A stretch of 64,000 nucleotides of DNA. Origin: Lepidodermella squamata (taxonomy: Eukaryota; Animalia; Gastrotricha). This document shows positions 38,500-51,424 of this stretch, piece by piece. Position 1 is the first letter of the stretch. Every line of letters begins with the position of its first letter. Where the stretch lies: contig JBLDXI010000001.1 of NCBI GenBank assembly GCA_047495785.1, positions 4,216,001 to 4,280,000 on the forward strand. The letters are read 5' to 3'. The translations under genes were made by a program, and so were the position numbers. Under the pieces are notes generated by a model. The model had not been told where the DNA came from and made no database searches. It was given only the letters and a program-made list of their open reading frames with translations.

Positions 38500-38756
38500 G
38501 AAATTTGTGATTTTATTTTTATGATTACAGTTTATACTGCTATGCTGTACTTAACGTTTCTTGTTGCGATTTTGTTGTTCAGTTACATCAGAACATAATT
38601 GATCGAGTGTCTGATCTATAACTTTGTTTTCTCCTACTACACCTTTCCTGTCCTAAAATCTGAACTTGTCCTGCAATTATATGTTGTTTTCCTTAACATT
38701 GTCAAGCTGCCCTCTCTTGGGCGTATGAGCTTTCAAATAAATAAATAAATAAATAA
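38500..38756 (+). mobile_element. Possible LINE 3' UTR ending in a (TAAA)n tail
   Basis: A T-rich stretch ends in gctgccctctcttgggcg...ttc followed by about five (aaat) units. Confidence 0.35.
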
Positions 38757-39522
38757 AATTTTGTAGGTATATCTGAGGTGAGGAATCTTGCGAGATGTAA
38801 TAATGCAAATTTGGATGAAATTGCACGTCAACCTAGTGCTTCCACGTCAACCTAAAGCGATAAGCCTTTTCGGCGACACTTTGGGATCTCCCGTCTATTG
38901 AGGTACATGGGAGCCTCCTAGAGGTCTGAATTGTGAAAATCCTCAAGAAAAACAGACTAAGAGCATCTTGGAATCTCAGAGTCGTACATCCATCCTACTT
39001 CAAGTCAACACACGTTTTACCATTTGCTGGCAAATACAGAAAAGACGCCAAACCCCACTTTTTACTTTTTTCCTCGGTCGTTAGGTATATTTTTCAAAGT
39101 ATTATGCTACCTGATAAATTCGGTCGACTATGGACCTGAATCTGAATTAGCAACAGCAGCAGCGTAGCTGCTACTGTAGCGCCGGGGGAACCGTGTGAGT
39201 GGACACTGGCGGCTTACAAAGATTTCAAACGGCGGCAGCAACCGAAATGACTCCCAGCTTCAATAACAAAAACGGAAGTTGAATGACTCTCTTCTGGCTT
39301 ACTCATTGCTCAAGTACCGAGCTGAACATTTCTGATGTAAAGTTTTATAGTTTGAATTGCTATAGCAAGAAAACACAAACAGTCGTCATTAAGAGGGCAG
39401 TTGTTTAAACAATACCTCAGGTCGTAATGAGTCATAGATAATAACCGCATCCCTTTATTTCACATTTTTTTTCATTGATATGGGTGTCAGTTCCGAAAAA
39501 CTAATTGAAGTTTATCCTTGAG

Positions 39523-39798
39523 ATGGCTTCCAAGTTGAACTTTGCAGTGTTGTTGGTTTTCGCAGTGATGCTAGCCAGCGCAGTTTCGCAGCAAAATGTT
39601 GCCGGCGGATGTGATGGTTATCTGGGCAAGAATCCAGGCAAGACATATGTAGATTGCAATTCCGAGTGCAAAAGGATGCCGAAATGCGTGGCGTATGCAC
39701 TTCCGGCTGACACTTGCTATTTCTTTTCGCGATGCGGCAAAGACATTCCGAAGAAGCCACCTGGTGCTCGTTTTTTCAAGAAAAGCAACTTGGATTAG
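39523..39798 (+). CDS. Small secreted 6-Cys mini-PAN-like Lys-rich protein
   Basis: Signal MASKLNFAVLLVFAVMLASAVS; GGC-x14-C-x3-C-x5-C-x9-C-x5-CGKDI...FFKK. Confidence 0.82.
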   Translation: MASKLNFAVLLVFAVMLASAVSQQNVAGGCDGYLGKNPGKTYVDCNSECKRMPKCVAYALPADTCYFFSRCGKDIPKKPPGARFFKKSNLD

Positions 39799-40661
39799 AA
39801 CTTCTTGAAGTTAGAAAAGCAACTTGATGTTAACAGGAAAGATGCCGAGACACGGTACTTGTTCTTCAATGGTTTCCTTCTCATACTTCTAAACATTTCA
39901 CTATTTTACTAAAATTACTATGAACCGCTTTGGTTTTTCGTGAATATGTTGCTTCACCGGCGTTTGGTTTCGGATAAATGAATAGTGTGTTGCCGTTTCA
40001 CTTTCTGTCTTGAGAAAAGTAGCTGGACTTTGACTCTGCAAAACGGAACTAAGATGCGACATGACCCTCGCATCACGATCGTCGCATAATTCCTCGCAGC
40101 CGCATGCCGCATCATATCACAGCAATCAGTTTTACCGGCGGAGGATGTTGATCTTGGGGATATAGTGAAATCAATACCAAATTTATTTAATACTATAACA
40201 AATTATTTCAGTTCCAAATCCCCGATTTCAAGTCCCAAGCCGCTAAACCTAACCCTTACCATTTGAATAACTGAACACAAATTTCTGGGTATTGAATTAA
40301 ATGATATTCGGCACCGCCGTAAGATTTTCCCTAGATCCTGATCACAAGTGAACTGATTATTAGTGAAGGGGCTACAATTGGAGCAAATACTGTAATGGTT
40401 AATTCTTGGCCCCTACTCGCAGGTTTTGAAATGAGTACTTCATGTGAGGACAAACAAGAATAAATTCAGAAGTCAAATTTACTATTAGTTATGGCTACCG
40501 GGCCGAAAGGCGTGGATTTATATTTGTTAAAGGACATGAGTATAACCAAGCGTGAAAGTAATACCAATTAAAATTAAAACTAGAATATTCTGCTTGTAAT
40601 GCAATATGTAACGCATTATTGTAGTGAAAATAAACAGTGGTGTTCCGGGTATAGGTACTGG

Positions 40662-43225
40662 TTAACAAGATGATCCCCGCGGCACGCAAGATCTACTTCT
40701 CGGGCAATAAACGGCGGTACCAACGCAAGCTGTGCAATTCATTTCGTCATCAGTGTTGCGGCAATCACTTGATCCATCGCATCTCTTCGAGTTCGGAATG
40801 CACCTTCCAGTCGAGCATCGGAACTCATCAGATGAGCATGGAGGGCATATTTCATCTGACTTGTCATCTTTTCCGCAATCCTAAAGAATACCGAAATGAT
40901 CTGATTGATAGTTTTCCTCAAATTGCGCATACCTGATCTCCATCGCAGACATATCTGTTGAATATGGAGCTCAATCAATGCCAATAAATAGCTAAGAATG
41001 ACTCACGAAGCAGGGATACAGCTGCCAGATGTGGTGCATTTGAAAGGCCTGGCTGGTGGGCAAACCGCGCAGTTGCTTTGGTCATCGCCGAATGGACAGT
41101 CCGCTCCGCTGTCGCAGACTGCACCTGCCGGTACGCATTTAGTAGAGTTTTTACACTTGTAATCGTCAGCGTTCGGGCACTTGAAACATAGTGACTTGAT
41201 TATGGATAAGATTAACGCCATTGAATCTTACAGTTGTGCAGTTCGATTCGTCCCAGCCGTCGTTGCAATCAACCTTACCGTCACAAATCGCTGCCAACAA
41301 AACGCATTCACCTGAAGGGCATCTTGCCTGATAATCTGAACACGTGCAGTTGTTCAACTCGTCATTCGCGCAGTGTTTGATTGAATCGCAAACTCGGGAA
41401 GGAGAAAGACAAACGCCATCGCTGCATCTGAATTTATCAGCAGCACAAGGCCAGCCTAAGCAGTTTTGTTCATCAGCATTGTTCAAACAGTCGTTATCGC
41501 CGTCGCAGCGGACGAACGGCGGAACGCATCGTGTAGTATTGCCGCATTTAAATGTTCTGGCATCGTCTGAAGCAGAAAGAGTACATGAAGCGCAGTTAGC
41601 TTCGTCATCCCCGGTTGGGCAGTCAGCGAGACCATTGCACAGCCGCCTGGAATAAGAGAGTTTCAACTCAGTGGCTAATAAAATATTTGAAAATTACGAA
41701 GGCAGAATGCAGTTTGTTGTTCCACTGCATAAAAAGGGACGTTCTACAGGGCATTTCTAAACAAATAATAAAGGAAGACTAAATAAATCGTCCCCGACGA
41801 AATATTACTGAAGCTTCAATGCAACTTTCGTCAGATCCGTCCTTGCATTCCTTGGTACCATTGCATTTCCCTTCATCCGGGATGCAGGTTCCATCGCCAC
41901 AGGTAAAACCCCTACAGGGACAATTAAGTTCGTCATCTGAGCAATGATAGATGCTGTCGCAACGTTGCCACTGTAGGATGCACGATCCATCGGAGCACTG
42001 GAACCGGGTGGAATTGTCGCACAAGCAATTGAGCTCGTCGGAACCATCGGCGCAGTCTTTATCGCCATCGCAACTTCAATCACAGAATGGGGAATATTAG
42101 ATTAATCAATGCTATCAAGTTGAGCCTACTGGAACGAAGCGCGAATGCATCGCTTGTCAGAGCAAAGGAATCCATTTTCATTACATGCTGTAAATTAAGT
42201 TAAATTCATTATTAACAACAAAATATGCAAGTGCAACAAATCAACCTATGCAATTGATTTCATCAGAGCCATCTGCGCAATTGGATGAACCGTCGCAAAC
42301 AGTCTCATTATTCACGCATTGGCTTCCAGTGGCACACTTGAAAGAGGCAAATGCAGGGCATGTAGTGCAAATCTCGTCACTACCATCGGCACAGTGGGGA
42401 ATGCCATCGCAAACCCGAAAATTCAGAATGCATTTGTTGTCATTGCAACGGAATCGATCTTCTGCGCAAATATGAGCTTTGCAAACCATTGGATCCTCAT
42501 CACTTGCTGATCCATCTTTGCAATCGTCATCACCATCGCATAGATAAACGCCAGGAATGCATATTTCGTTCTTGCAGTGGAACCCAGGTGACTTGCAAGC
42601 TATAAAAAACCATATCCTGAATTTTTTATTGCGGTTTGGATCATATAACAATGACAATTCCATCCCGCCCCAATTTAAGAGGACAATTAGAGAAGCCTTT
42701 GATTCTAATGACTCACATGTGCAGTTAACCTCATCTTCTAGCCCACTGCAATCGTAACTGCCATCACAACGCTGGGTATCGTTGATACACTTGTTGTTAG
42801 AACATCGAAATTCATTAGCGGCGCAGGGCGGGCAATCCCATTCGTCACTGCCATCACTGCAATCCTCAGAACCGTCACATACAAAACTGAACATGAATTG
42901 TTCTTATTAACTAATAGGGCTATATATGTCAAATGCGACTTGCCGCTTTTGAACGCAGCGTGTGTTATTACAGCGGAACTCGAAATCCTTACAAATGCAG
43001 TCGAATTCGTCACTGCTGTCTTGGCAGTCACGGTAACCATCGCATAGATCTGATCGGCTGATCACTTTTCCATCTGGGCAAATGCCGCCATCTTCAGTCT
43101 AATAAAAAATCGATCAGGATATTTACTATAAAATGTTGAAGACTTACTGGTATCCATTTGGTGTTTGATAGGCCTGTCAAAATAGCAACTCCAAATAAGA
43201 GGCCGAGAAACGTCAACAGGTGCAT
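40662..43225 (-). CDS. Secreted protein of about 16 tandem LDL-receptor class A repeats
   Basis: Signal exon [18 protein letters not shown] (43225-43148). About 10 further exons of C-x(6-7)-C-x(4-5)-C-x6-CDG..DC.DGSDE..C. Ends VPRGSSC* with no TM segment. Confidence 0.85.
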
Positions 43226-43890
43226 TTTTATTCTAATGAAGAAATTTTCGTGAAAAGTAAAGGCTGAGCAGAGTACTGCTGGCTATTGAGGCACAACAGT
43301 ATGTTATGCGCGTTAGCATTCCATACTTTAAATACGTGTAAGCATGGCAGCTACTCACCTGTAAAAAATGTGGTAATATTTTTTTCATTTCTGCAAACCC
43401 AGTTTCAACCCCTCAAAAATTGATTGCTTAAATAAGGTAACTGTTAAAGTCTCATTCGAAGTAAAATCAATTTAAGTTTGATTGAAGTAATTTGAATAAC
43501 TGATCCCCGTGTCAACATCTTTCACTTGGTATTTTCTTTGACATCTTGCACCGAAGAAAATGAAGAGGCTACACTGGCCATCTTACGTGATGTCGTGAAC
43601 ATTGTTGATACCATTCTCGCCAGTCGATCGCTGGGAGGCTGTTGCTTTTTCGTCTTTAATCTTAAACCAAACATTCGAATCTGTCACACTAGGATCGCAT
43701 TCTCGAATTCATATTAAAAGTAGTTAGTGAATCGACAAACATATAATATATCCTAGGATCTCCGGCACATAGTTTTCATCGAACAATGTGCTTTCTGTTC
43801 GCCAGCATAAGTCCCAGACCAAGAGTGTTAATGTTGAGATAAATCGACAACTGGGTCATTATTTTTCAAGGGTCAAGCTATTCGTACATA

Positions 43891-43985
43891 CCGTAAATTC
43901 CGAAATACAAGCCCAGGCGGCGCTCTTTGTCGGCACTTTAATGTTCTTTGTAGTGCCGCCTGGGCTTCTATTTGAATATTTACGG
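43891..43985. mobile_element. Short MITE (TA|CCGTAAAT...ATTTACGG|TA), copy 1
   Basis: Terminal inverted repeats and TA TSD; a second copy lies at 46257-46351. Confidence 0.8.
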
Positions 43986-45126
43986 TAACTATGTGTACTC
44001 AAAATTGCTTTTCGTACATAGTTTCAATGTAGAAATTTCTGAAATCAATAACTTTCTCAATTTGCATCCGATCAGTCGATTTTTTTGCGCTGTAGTAGCT
44101 GAGTATCAGGTCTATCAAAAAATCATGCATAGACCCCTATGGAACAGTCCCAAAGCCCAAAGCTGCACAATCTGATTTCAGTTTCGGGAGGCTTACTTTA
44201 ACACTTTGGGTGATGATCCAACAAAATTCAGCCACTAAATAGCTCTCACTTTGACGCGTCTACGTGTAAAATTTTATGACGCTATCGTCAAATTTAGAAT
44301 TTCCACACCTGGCGGAAAAATCGGGGAAAACTCTGAACGAATAGCATTTTCGCGTACCTAGTACATCATGTACGAATAGCTTGACCCTTGACCCTTACAA
44401 AAAAGCCCGACAATTTTACGCTGATTTCAAATCACATCCTGAAAACCCCCAAAAACAGTAAAAATCACCGGGTCGATGTTAGTCGAAAATACCCCACCCT
44501 ATAAATGGCGGAAAACATCGTAATTTTTTCGTGATATCACTGTGCTTTTTTTTAAGACGATCAACGTCGAAAAAACCGGCACGTGCTGTCTACTTTTTTG
44601 GCTTTTCTCGCACTATCACAGAAATACTCCGATAACAGCAATAAAACCTCAAAATGACAGAATGAGTCATCTTTAGCGACGAATAAAAACCGTAAAAATT
44701 AATGCGAGCCGACAAAACTCATGAAAAGTGTGCACTTTTTTGTTCGAATTTCAGCTATAAATGTTGTTGACCAGATCCATTTTAATTCTGCAAATGGAGG
44801 ACGTTGATAAAATCTGCATTGAGTTCATATCCATTTATAAATGTTAACCATTGTTTAGGTATTTTATGATTTCTCCGTTTCATTTTAATTAGCACTTTGA
44901 ACTATACATCCTATAAGTCCAGCTTTGCAGGTTTCCGACTTTTGTGGAACGACGGCATCATTGCATCTTGTGAATGCCTTGCCACAAGGTCGGCTCTCCT
45001 GTTTAAAGGTGTCTTCTGTCAAATTTGTCATTGATCCTTATTAATACACACATACCTAATACACGAGAATACCGTGTGTTTTTCTTTTGTATAGTTTGAT
45101 TAATTCCTACTACTGATACTGAAGGC

Positions 45127-45801
45127 ATGGGCTCCAGCTCCAGCTCGAATTCTAGCTCCAGTTCTAGCTCGAATTCTGGCAGGGCTATAGGGGCGGACTA
45201 TACCGGGAAGCTCTATTTCGACCCCGAGGCAGACAAGACTAAAGGCAAAGAATATTTTATTGACGACCACGAGCTTAAGGAAAAAATGGCCGAGGTGGCG
45301 GACTTGGATGACGAAATCCTCAACATCACTGTGTATTCTCATGCGCTCTTCGATTTCCAGGTACACTGTCTTCTCTCTTCAGACAAAAGTCAATCAATGC
45401 GTAAATTCAATTTTGCAGTTGACAAAAGTTGCACTCCACCACGCATTCGTCGTCTTTGAAAGTAAAGGTTGGTGGTGGTCAATTGAGAAGAACACTGAGG
45501 GAGTCACTATTCAGAGGTCCAAGCAACAAGACGCCGTTTATAGGTAAAAGAGTAGAATAATTTGTTTCTTGCAAGAATTTAGATGTTTTGTTTTGAATAC
45601 AGATTCTACCGTAGGGGCAAGAGAGGTCATTGGCAAGGTATCACCGTCAAAAGGCCAACTGTTTCAGCTGAAGGAAATCTACACGATCTGATATCCTTGG
45701 TCTATCATAACGATTTGTTAAAAAAGGAATATCACGTCTTGAAGGAGAACTGTCAGCACTTCGCTGATGCGATATACAATAATTTCGCTCTTCACTTTTG
45801 A
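45127..45801 (+). CDS. Permuted papain-fold (PPPDE/LRAT-like NlpC/P60) protein with N-myristoylation motif
   Basis: Exons 45127-45360, 45419-45543, 45603-45801 splice in frame. His motif LHHAFVVF precedes Cys motif YHVLKENCQHFA; N-terminus MGSSSS. Confidence 0.8.
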
Positions 45802-46256
45802 TGATCGTATTGTTAACGTCAATCCGACTGGGGAATAATGAACGAGTTATAGCGATTTCACGACTGTTCCAGCAATACACTTATTATGAAGTTGGGTATG
45901 CAATACTGGAGTTGAGGAATTTGGTTGAATAAAGACTTGAATTGGTCATTTTGGATATTTTTATGGGTTTAATTCATAGACAACACTGTAACAGATTTTT
46001 CCTGATGGGCTCGAAAAACTATTATTTGCCAGAATATCTGTGAACAAAGCAAAGCTGTGAGAGAATTCAAAGTCCAATATGCACGGCCGAAAATAATCGG
46101 AAAATCAAAATAGCTTATCTACCGGACAATTCAATTCAATTCAAAGGCCTTCAACAAGGTGTTGTAAACGGGACGGGCCAGGGTGCGAAGTACAGGGGTG
46201 CTGGGTTGTCGCGACACCCCAGCCCTTCGGCTATTTTCGGCTGGCATCTTGTGATA

Positions 46257-46351
46257 CCGTAAATTCCGAAATACAAGCCCAGGCGGCGCTCTTTGTCAGC
46301 ACTTTGATGTTCTTTGTATTGCTGCCTGGGCTTGTATTTGAATATTTACGG
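46257..46351. mobile_element. Short MITE, copy 2
   Basis: Near-identical to 43891-43985, with TA TSD. Confidence 0.8.
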
Positions 46352-46649
46352 TAATTGCGATCAAAATAGCTCAGTGCAAATGTTTAGTAGGCAGAACTAC
46401 AAAAGATAATGCGTGATGGGGCGAAATTGAGTACATTTTTGTCCCTCCAGAAGCTAGACAAGCTACTGCTATCATTTTCTGTTTTACCGAAAGTTGAACT
46501 AACTTTTCTTGCATGCGGATCGAAACAAGATGATAAAGGCACTACATATACAGTTCAGTCATGAGCTTACAGCCTTTCTCTTGGCTTTTCTGCTTCGTAA
46601 ATTGCCGCTCTTTGAACTACATGTTGTGTTAACTGGGTTTAAGAAGTAA

Positions 46650-46827
46650 GTGGAACCTTTCAGAAAGGTCAGAAAGCTGAAGATTCAGATGTAATGGGGT
46701 AAAATTTATTGAAAACAAAACCGATTCGGCCTTGTCTTATTACCGGTGAAAAATGCTGATTTTAGCTTGATGAAATCCTTACATTATTTGAATCTAAAGC
46801 TTCATGACCTTTCTGGAAGGTTCCACG
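46650..46827. mobile_element. Palindromic MITE-like element
   Basis: gtggaacctttcagaaaggtca ... tgacctttctggaaggttccac; a related partial copy starts near 31800. Confidence 0.55.
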
Positions 46828-47471
46828 GAATTCATAACTCATTACACCTTGAAAATGAAATTTCCACTGAAATCGCTTTATCCAACTGGGTAAAGTTTAA
46901 TTGTTACTCAGTTTCCCACATTTTGAGCAAAGAATGCTCCATCATCCGCTACTGAAACCCCTTCCACGTACGAATAAGTAGACGAATGCGCGTCCAACTT
47001 ATTCAATGGCGAATCTGCCGACCCTAAATTCATTGAATTCGTCACCGAAAAACGCAATTAGAATCGAACAGGAGTAAGAAAAATGTTACATTTATTTCCG
47101 AAGAGAGAGACCATGAGCGGCCGAATATGAACAACAGTAATAATGATTATAATAATTTGCTCAATATCATTGACAGCAAAAGCAACAAGCCACGGAAGGT
47201 GATGGTAACAGTTGAATAATAATAAAAGAAACAAAATAATTGCAGCAGAAACATATTGGTCATGAATATAGGAGTAACAGAGTTCAAGATTTGAAAAGTG
47301 CGTTTCTTCAGCAAATATTTCTCGATTTTTCGCTATCACCAAGTCATAATTGAATTTCTACTTCTTGTAAATAAGACATGAAAATGAAGAAATCTAGAAT
47401 AGGGAAGTGCCTCTCTCGAATATTAGGTATAACATTTAAAGCATAGACGACGGTTATTTTGATCAGCGTTT

Positions 47472-50400
47472 TTAGTCACCCAATATCGCTAGCAGAGCTT
47501 TCTTGTAGTCACCGGATGTGTCAGACTGCAAAAAGCACATTAAATCATTATCAGTTTTGAAGGACAAGTAAGAACATACCGAAATAGCACTAGCCAGCGG
47601 TCGGCTGTACAAGCGCTGGTACTCGGCCTTGATAGCCGCCAGATCGACGTCGCATCGCATTGTCACGATGCGGATCAGCATTCGGTCTTTCGTCCCAGCT
47701 CCGGCCATAGCATGATGCAATCGGCCGGCAAAATACGCCTGTTTATTGCGGATCGCTCCAACTAGAATGAACAATCAAAATCTTTCATCAATAAGTGCTG
47801 ATTTAATATAAAAATCAGGAAAATTAACAGAATGAAATTAAAAAATCAATGAAAATTGGAACCCGCAAGATCGGCCTTCTAAGTTGTAGAAAAGCTTCGA
47901 TAAAGGTTCGGGAACCCTCGATGAAAGTTCAGGAACCTTTGATGTAGGTTCGGGAACTTTCGGAAACAGTGAACTTGAGATTTTCGCTTACTATTTTCCA
48001 TCACATCAGTTTTTGTTTCTAGCCTATATAGCCTATTTTGACATTGTTGAAATTGCTTTGAACTTGTGAAAATATTGGTTAAAACTTTAATCTCAATTTT
48101 TAGAAGTTGAAGTTCAGCAAGAGTTCCAAGGCAATTTTTTTCCAAGTATTTTCAATCATTAAATTTTCAGAAAAAAACCCGAAAAATATCGATTTATGTT
48201 AGCTATAATAATAATTTAATTGTACTCCAATACTGCTATGAACGAGGCATTTATTTGTCCAACTTACCAACTGCAAGCAGACCGTTGCAGATATCGCCGC
48301 TGAATTCCGATTTGATGACATCGGTAATGTCCTTATGATAGTCCCGCCTGTAGATATCAAACACAGCCCGAAGATGCGCGTAGCTCCGCGAGCAGAAAAT
48401 CACATTGAAACGACTCTCGTCGGTGCCGGCGCGTCGCGGCCCAGCCTCATACAGCGCCCTTGCGTCCGCGGCAGCCGCTGCCGGGTCAACGTGGGGTGAC
48501 TCATTGCGACTGGCTGTCAACAGGGCAACTAACAGGCGCTTGAAATGGTAACTCGTATCGCCCGCTACATCGCTCTCCATCGATCGTTTGTACACTAAAA
48601 ATTAGGAAAAATCATTGGTTTCAAAATCAATTGAAAAAACCATCAAAATTCAAAATTTCAAAATCAAATCAAGAATTGTTGGTACTTGGTACGAACTTTT
48701 GACAACTTGTCATTAAATTCGAAAAACTTCAATTTGAATTTTTTCAAAATTTTCAAAATTTAAAATTGACTGATCGAATTTTTTCAAAAATTTTTAAATT
48801 TCAAAAATGAATTGATGGATTTTATAATGTGTTCGCAATTTATGAATAAAATGGGTCTTGATGGAATTTCAAATTGACTTGAGAATTTTCTGCAAATTTT
48901 GACTATGATTTGAAAATTTCATCAAAAAGTTTTAGCTATAAAATTTCTTACTTTCGTGATATTTGTGTTTAATCGCCGTCAGTTCCGCGTTGTTCTTCGT
49001 ACAAATCACCTCGATGAGAGCCTCCTCATCGGTACCAGCGCCACAAATCGCCTCGTGCACCTCATAGGCCGCCAACTCTACCGGAATTTTGAGCAGAGCC
49101 AGCAGGACCTTTTTGAAGTTGCCACTCGTCTCACCGGCGATCTCCTTCTCCAAATCCTTGCCGAACATCTGTTTAAAAGTGCGCTCGATCTCGTTCCGCT
49201 GGACCCAGTTGCGCCGGCATAGGATGTTGATCAAGGTGGCTTCGTCTGTTCCGACGCCTTTCATGGCCCTGCGGAGGGCCTCGCAGTCCTGGCTGACGTT
49301 GAAATTGGCTGGTGGGCGAATTGATGGCGCCAGAATGTCAATTTCAGGCTGGCCGGCGTACATTGTCGGAGCTTGTGGGTAGAAATTTGAAGGTGGAGGG
49401 TGGCCAGAGCCGGGTGCGTACGATTGAGGGGGCCCTGATGTTGGGTTCAGCGAGTAAGGGGCGCTTGATGGGGCGCCGTAAGGTGCTGATAGCGGGTGCG
49501 GGGGAGCTGAACCTAATTGTAATAAAGCAACTTGAGAATGGTTTTATTCCCTAGAGAAATATCGTTAGCGGCGCGCCAAAACAACCACTTTACTATTTAT
49601 AGATTTTATATGGATAGTACGATCGAGAGTAGAAAAAAATCAGTGCTCAAATGGCCTATCGTACTTTATCATTACGTTCGGCGACTTCAAGTACGATCGA
49701 CTGAATCATCTAAGTGGTTGTTTTGGCGCGCCGCTAACGATATGACCCATTTTGGGGGATTTGAAAAATACTGAAAAAATAATAAATTCAAAATTCAATA
49801 TGAATTTGTTCAGAGAAAGGAAAATCTATAAAACAAACTGCCATGATTCAAGATTTCAAATTTTCTGAAAATTAGTAGAAATGCATAATTTTGAAAATTG
49901 AAACTGCGCATTGATGATTGCGCTTCTTCAGAGCTGGAAAACTCTGACATGAAAATGTTGGAAAAATTGAGAAAAATGAGAAAATAAGATTCCGGCCTAT
50001 AATATCAAGCCCCATTTATATTGTTTTGCCATGACCTCATAAAATCGCTCATGCGCATCTCGCAAGGGCTCGACTCGCATTTTATGCTAATTTATTCCAG
50101 TCTATTAATATACCTAAGATCCAGCCTAATAATATTATGTTTTAAAACAAGAAACTCGGTCATTTCATAGCAGCATTTTTTGTCATTTTATTGTCAACTC
50201 GCTCTCAACTCAATAAACGAAAAACACTTGTATATAACAGGTCGAGAATTATAGACTATTCACTGGAAATAGCGATTATAAATCAGAACGACGAGTATAG
50301 ATCTTCGTTATAAAATCGAAGAAACTGGATTCAATTAATTTTTCTAGACCTGTGCCTTAATTTGAATTTTCAGCTGCTTAATGAAACAACCAAGCTTCTT

Positions 50401-51424
50401 GTCTCGAAATTTCGGAAATTTCAAAAAAATTGATTTTGAACTTTCAAACCAGCCTGAATCCAGTTTCTTTGATTTTTTAAATTCAGTTATTTTTTTTGAT
50501 CAAGTCACATAAATTGCATGGTTTTTTTCTGGTATTTTTGGCTGTTCGAGGCCGGTCGTTGGAAGTGGTTGAAGTCGTTACTTACCATAGGGCGCGCTTG
50601 GATTGTAAGCCGGCTGCCCGCCTCCCGGGTACGGCGCCGACGCTGACGGAGGCGCCGGCGGGGCTGATCCGGGGTAGGCTGGTTGGTTCGAGTTGTAGCC
50701 CTGTGGTAGGCCAGGCGGCGGCACGAAGCCGATCGGAGGCGGGCCCTGTTGAGCCGACGGCGGGGGCCCGGGTGGATAGCCACCTGATTGAGGCGGGTAA
50801 CCGGGCTGTTGAGGTGGATATCCGGGCTGCTGAGAAGGATAGCCAGGTTGCTGCTGTGGTGGGTAACCGGTTTGTTGAGGTGGGTAACCGGGTTGTTGGG
50901 GCGGATAGCCGGGTTGTTGAGGCGGGTACCCAGCGGGCGGCGGGGCTTGAGGATAACCGGGCGCTGATGTTGGCGGGGGCGGGTAGGCGGCTGGTGGGTA
51001 GTATGGGCCGGATGGTGGGACCCCGGGTGGCGGGGCGCCGTAGTAGGGCTGTTGGGGCGGAGGATAACCACCGGCTGGGTACATTGCAGTAGGCGCTTGT
51101 TGATAAATCACAGTAGGCGGAGGAGCGGCCTGAAAAATATGGCAACAATTGAAAAATATTCCGAAATTTGAATAAATTTTCAAATAAATTGAGTAACAAA
51201 TTTGAAGGCTTGTTGAATGATTTAAAAATTAGAATGAATTTCTGGATTTTTGTACGAAAATTCTGAAAAATTCAGGAATTCATCATTATTTATTTGAAAT
51301 TAATTAAAAATATATATTCTGTAAAACTTACAATTACTGTCGGCTGGTAAACAGGTTCAACAAAGACGGCTGGCGCAGGAACTCCCTTAAGACCGAGAAA
51401 AAATTCAATCAAAACAACTAATAG
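47472..51424 (-). CDS. Annexin copy 6, longest GYPP-rich N-tail (A7/A11-like); first exon possibly 52264-52160
   Basis: Exons about 51424 (or 51385)-51332, 51129-50586, 49506-48952, 48594-48268, 47761-47580, 47525-47472, all in frame. The start is uncertain. Confidence 0.85.
47903..47965 (+). repeat. 21-bp minisatellite x3 in an intron
   Basis: aggttcgggaaccctcgatg / aagttcaggaacctttgatg / aggttcgggaactttcgg. Confidence 0.7.
49559..49743. mobile_element. MITE in an annexin 6 intron
   Basis: Perfect TIR of about 32 bp: atatcgttagcggcgcgccaaaacaaccactt / aagtggttgttttggcgcgccgctaacgatat. Confidence 0.8.
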
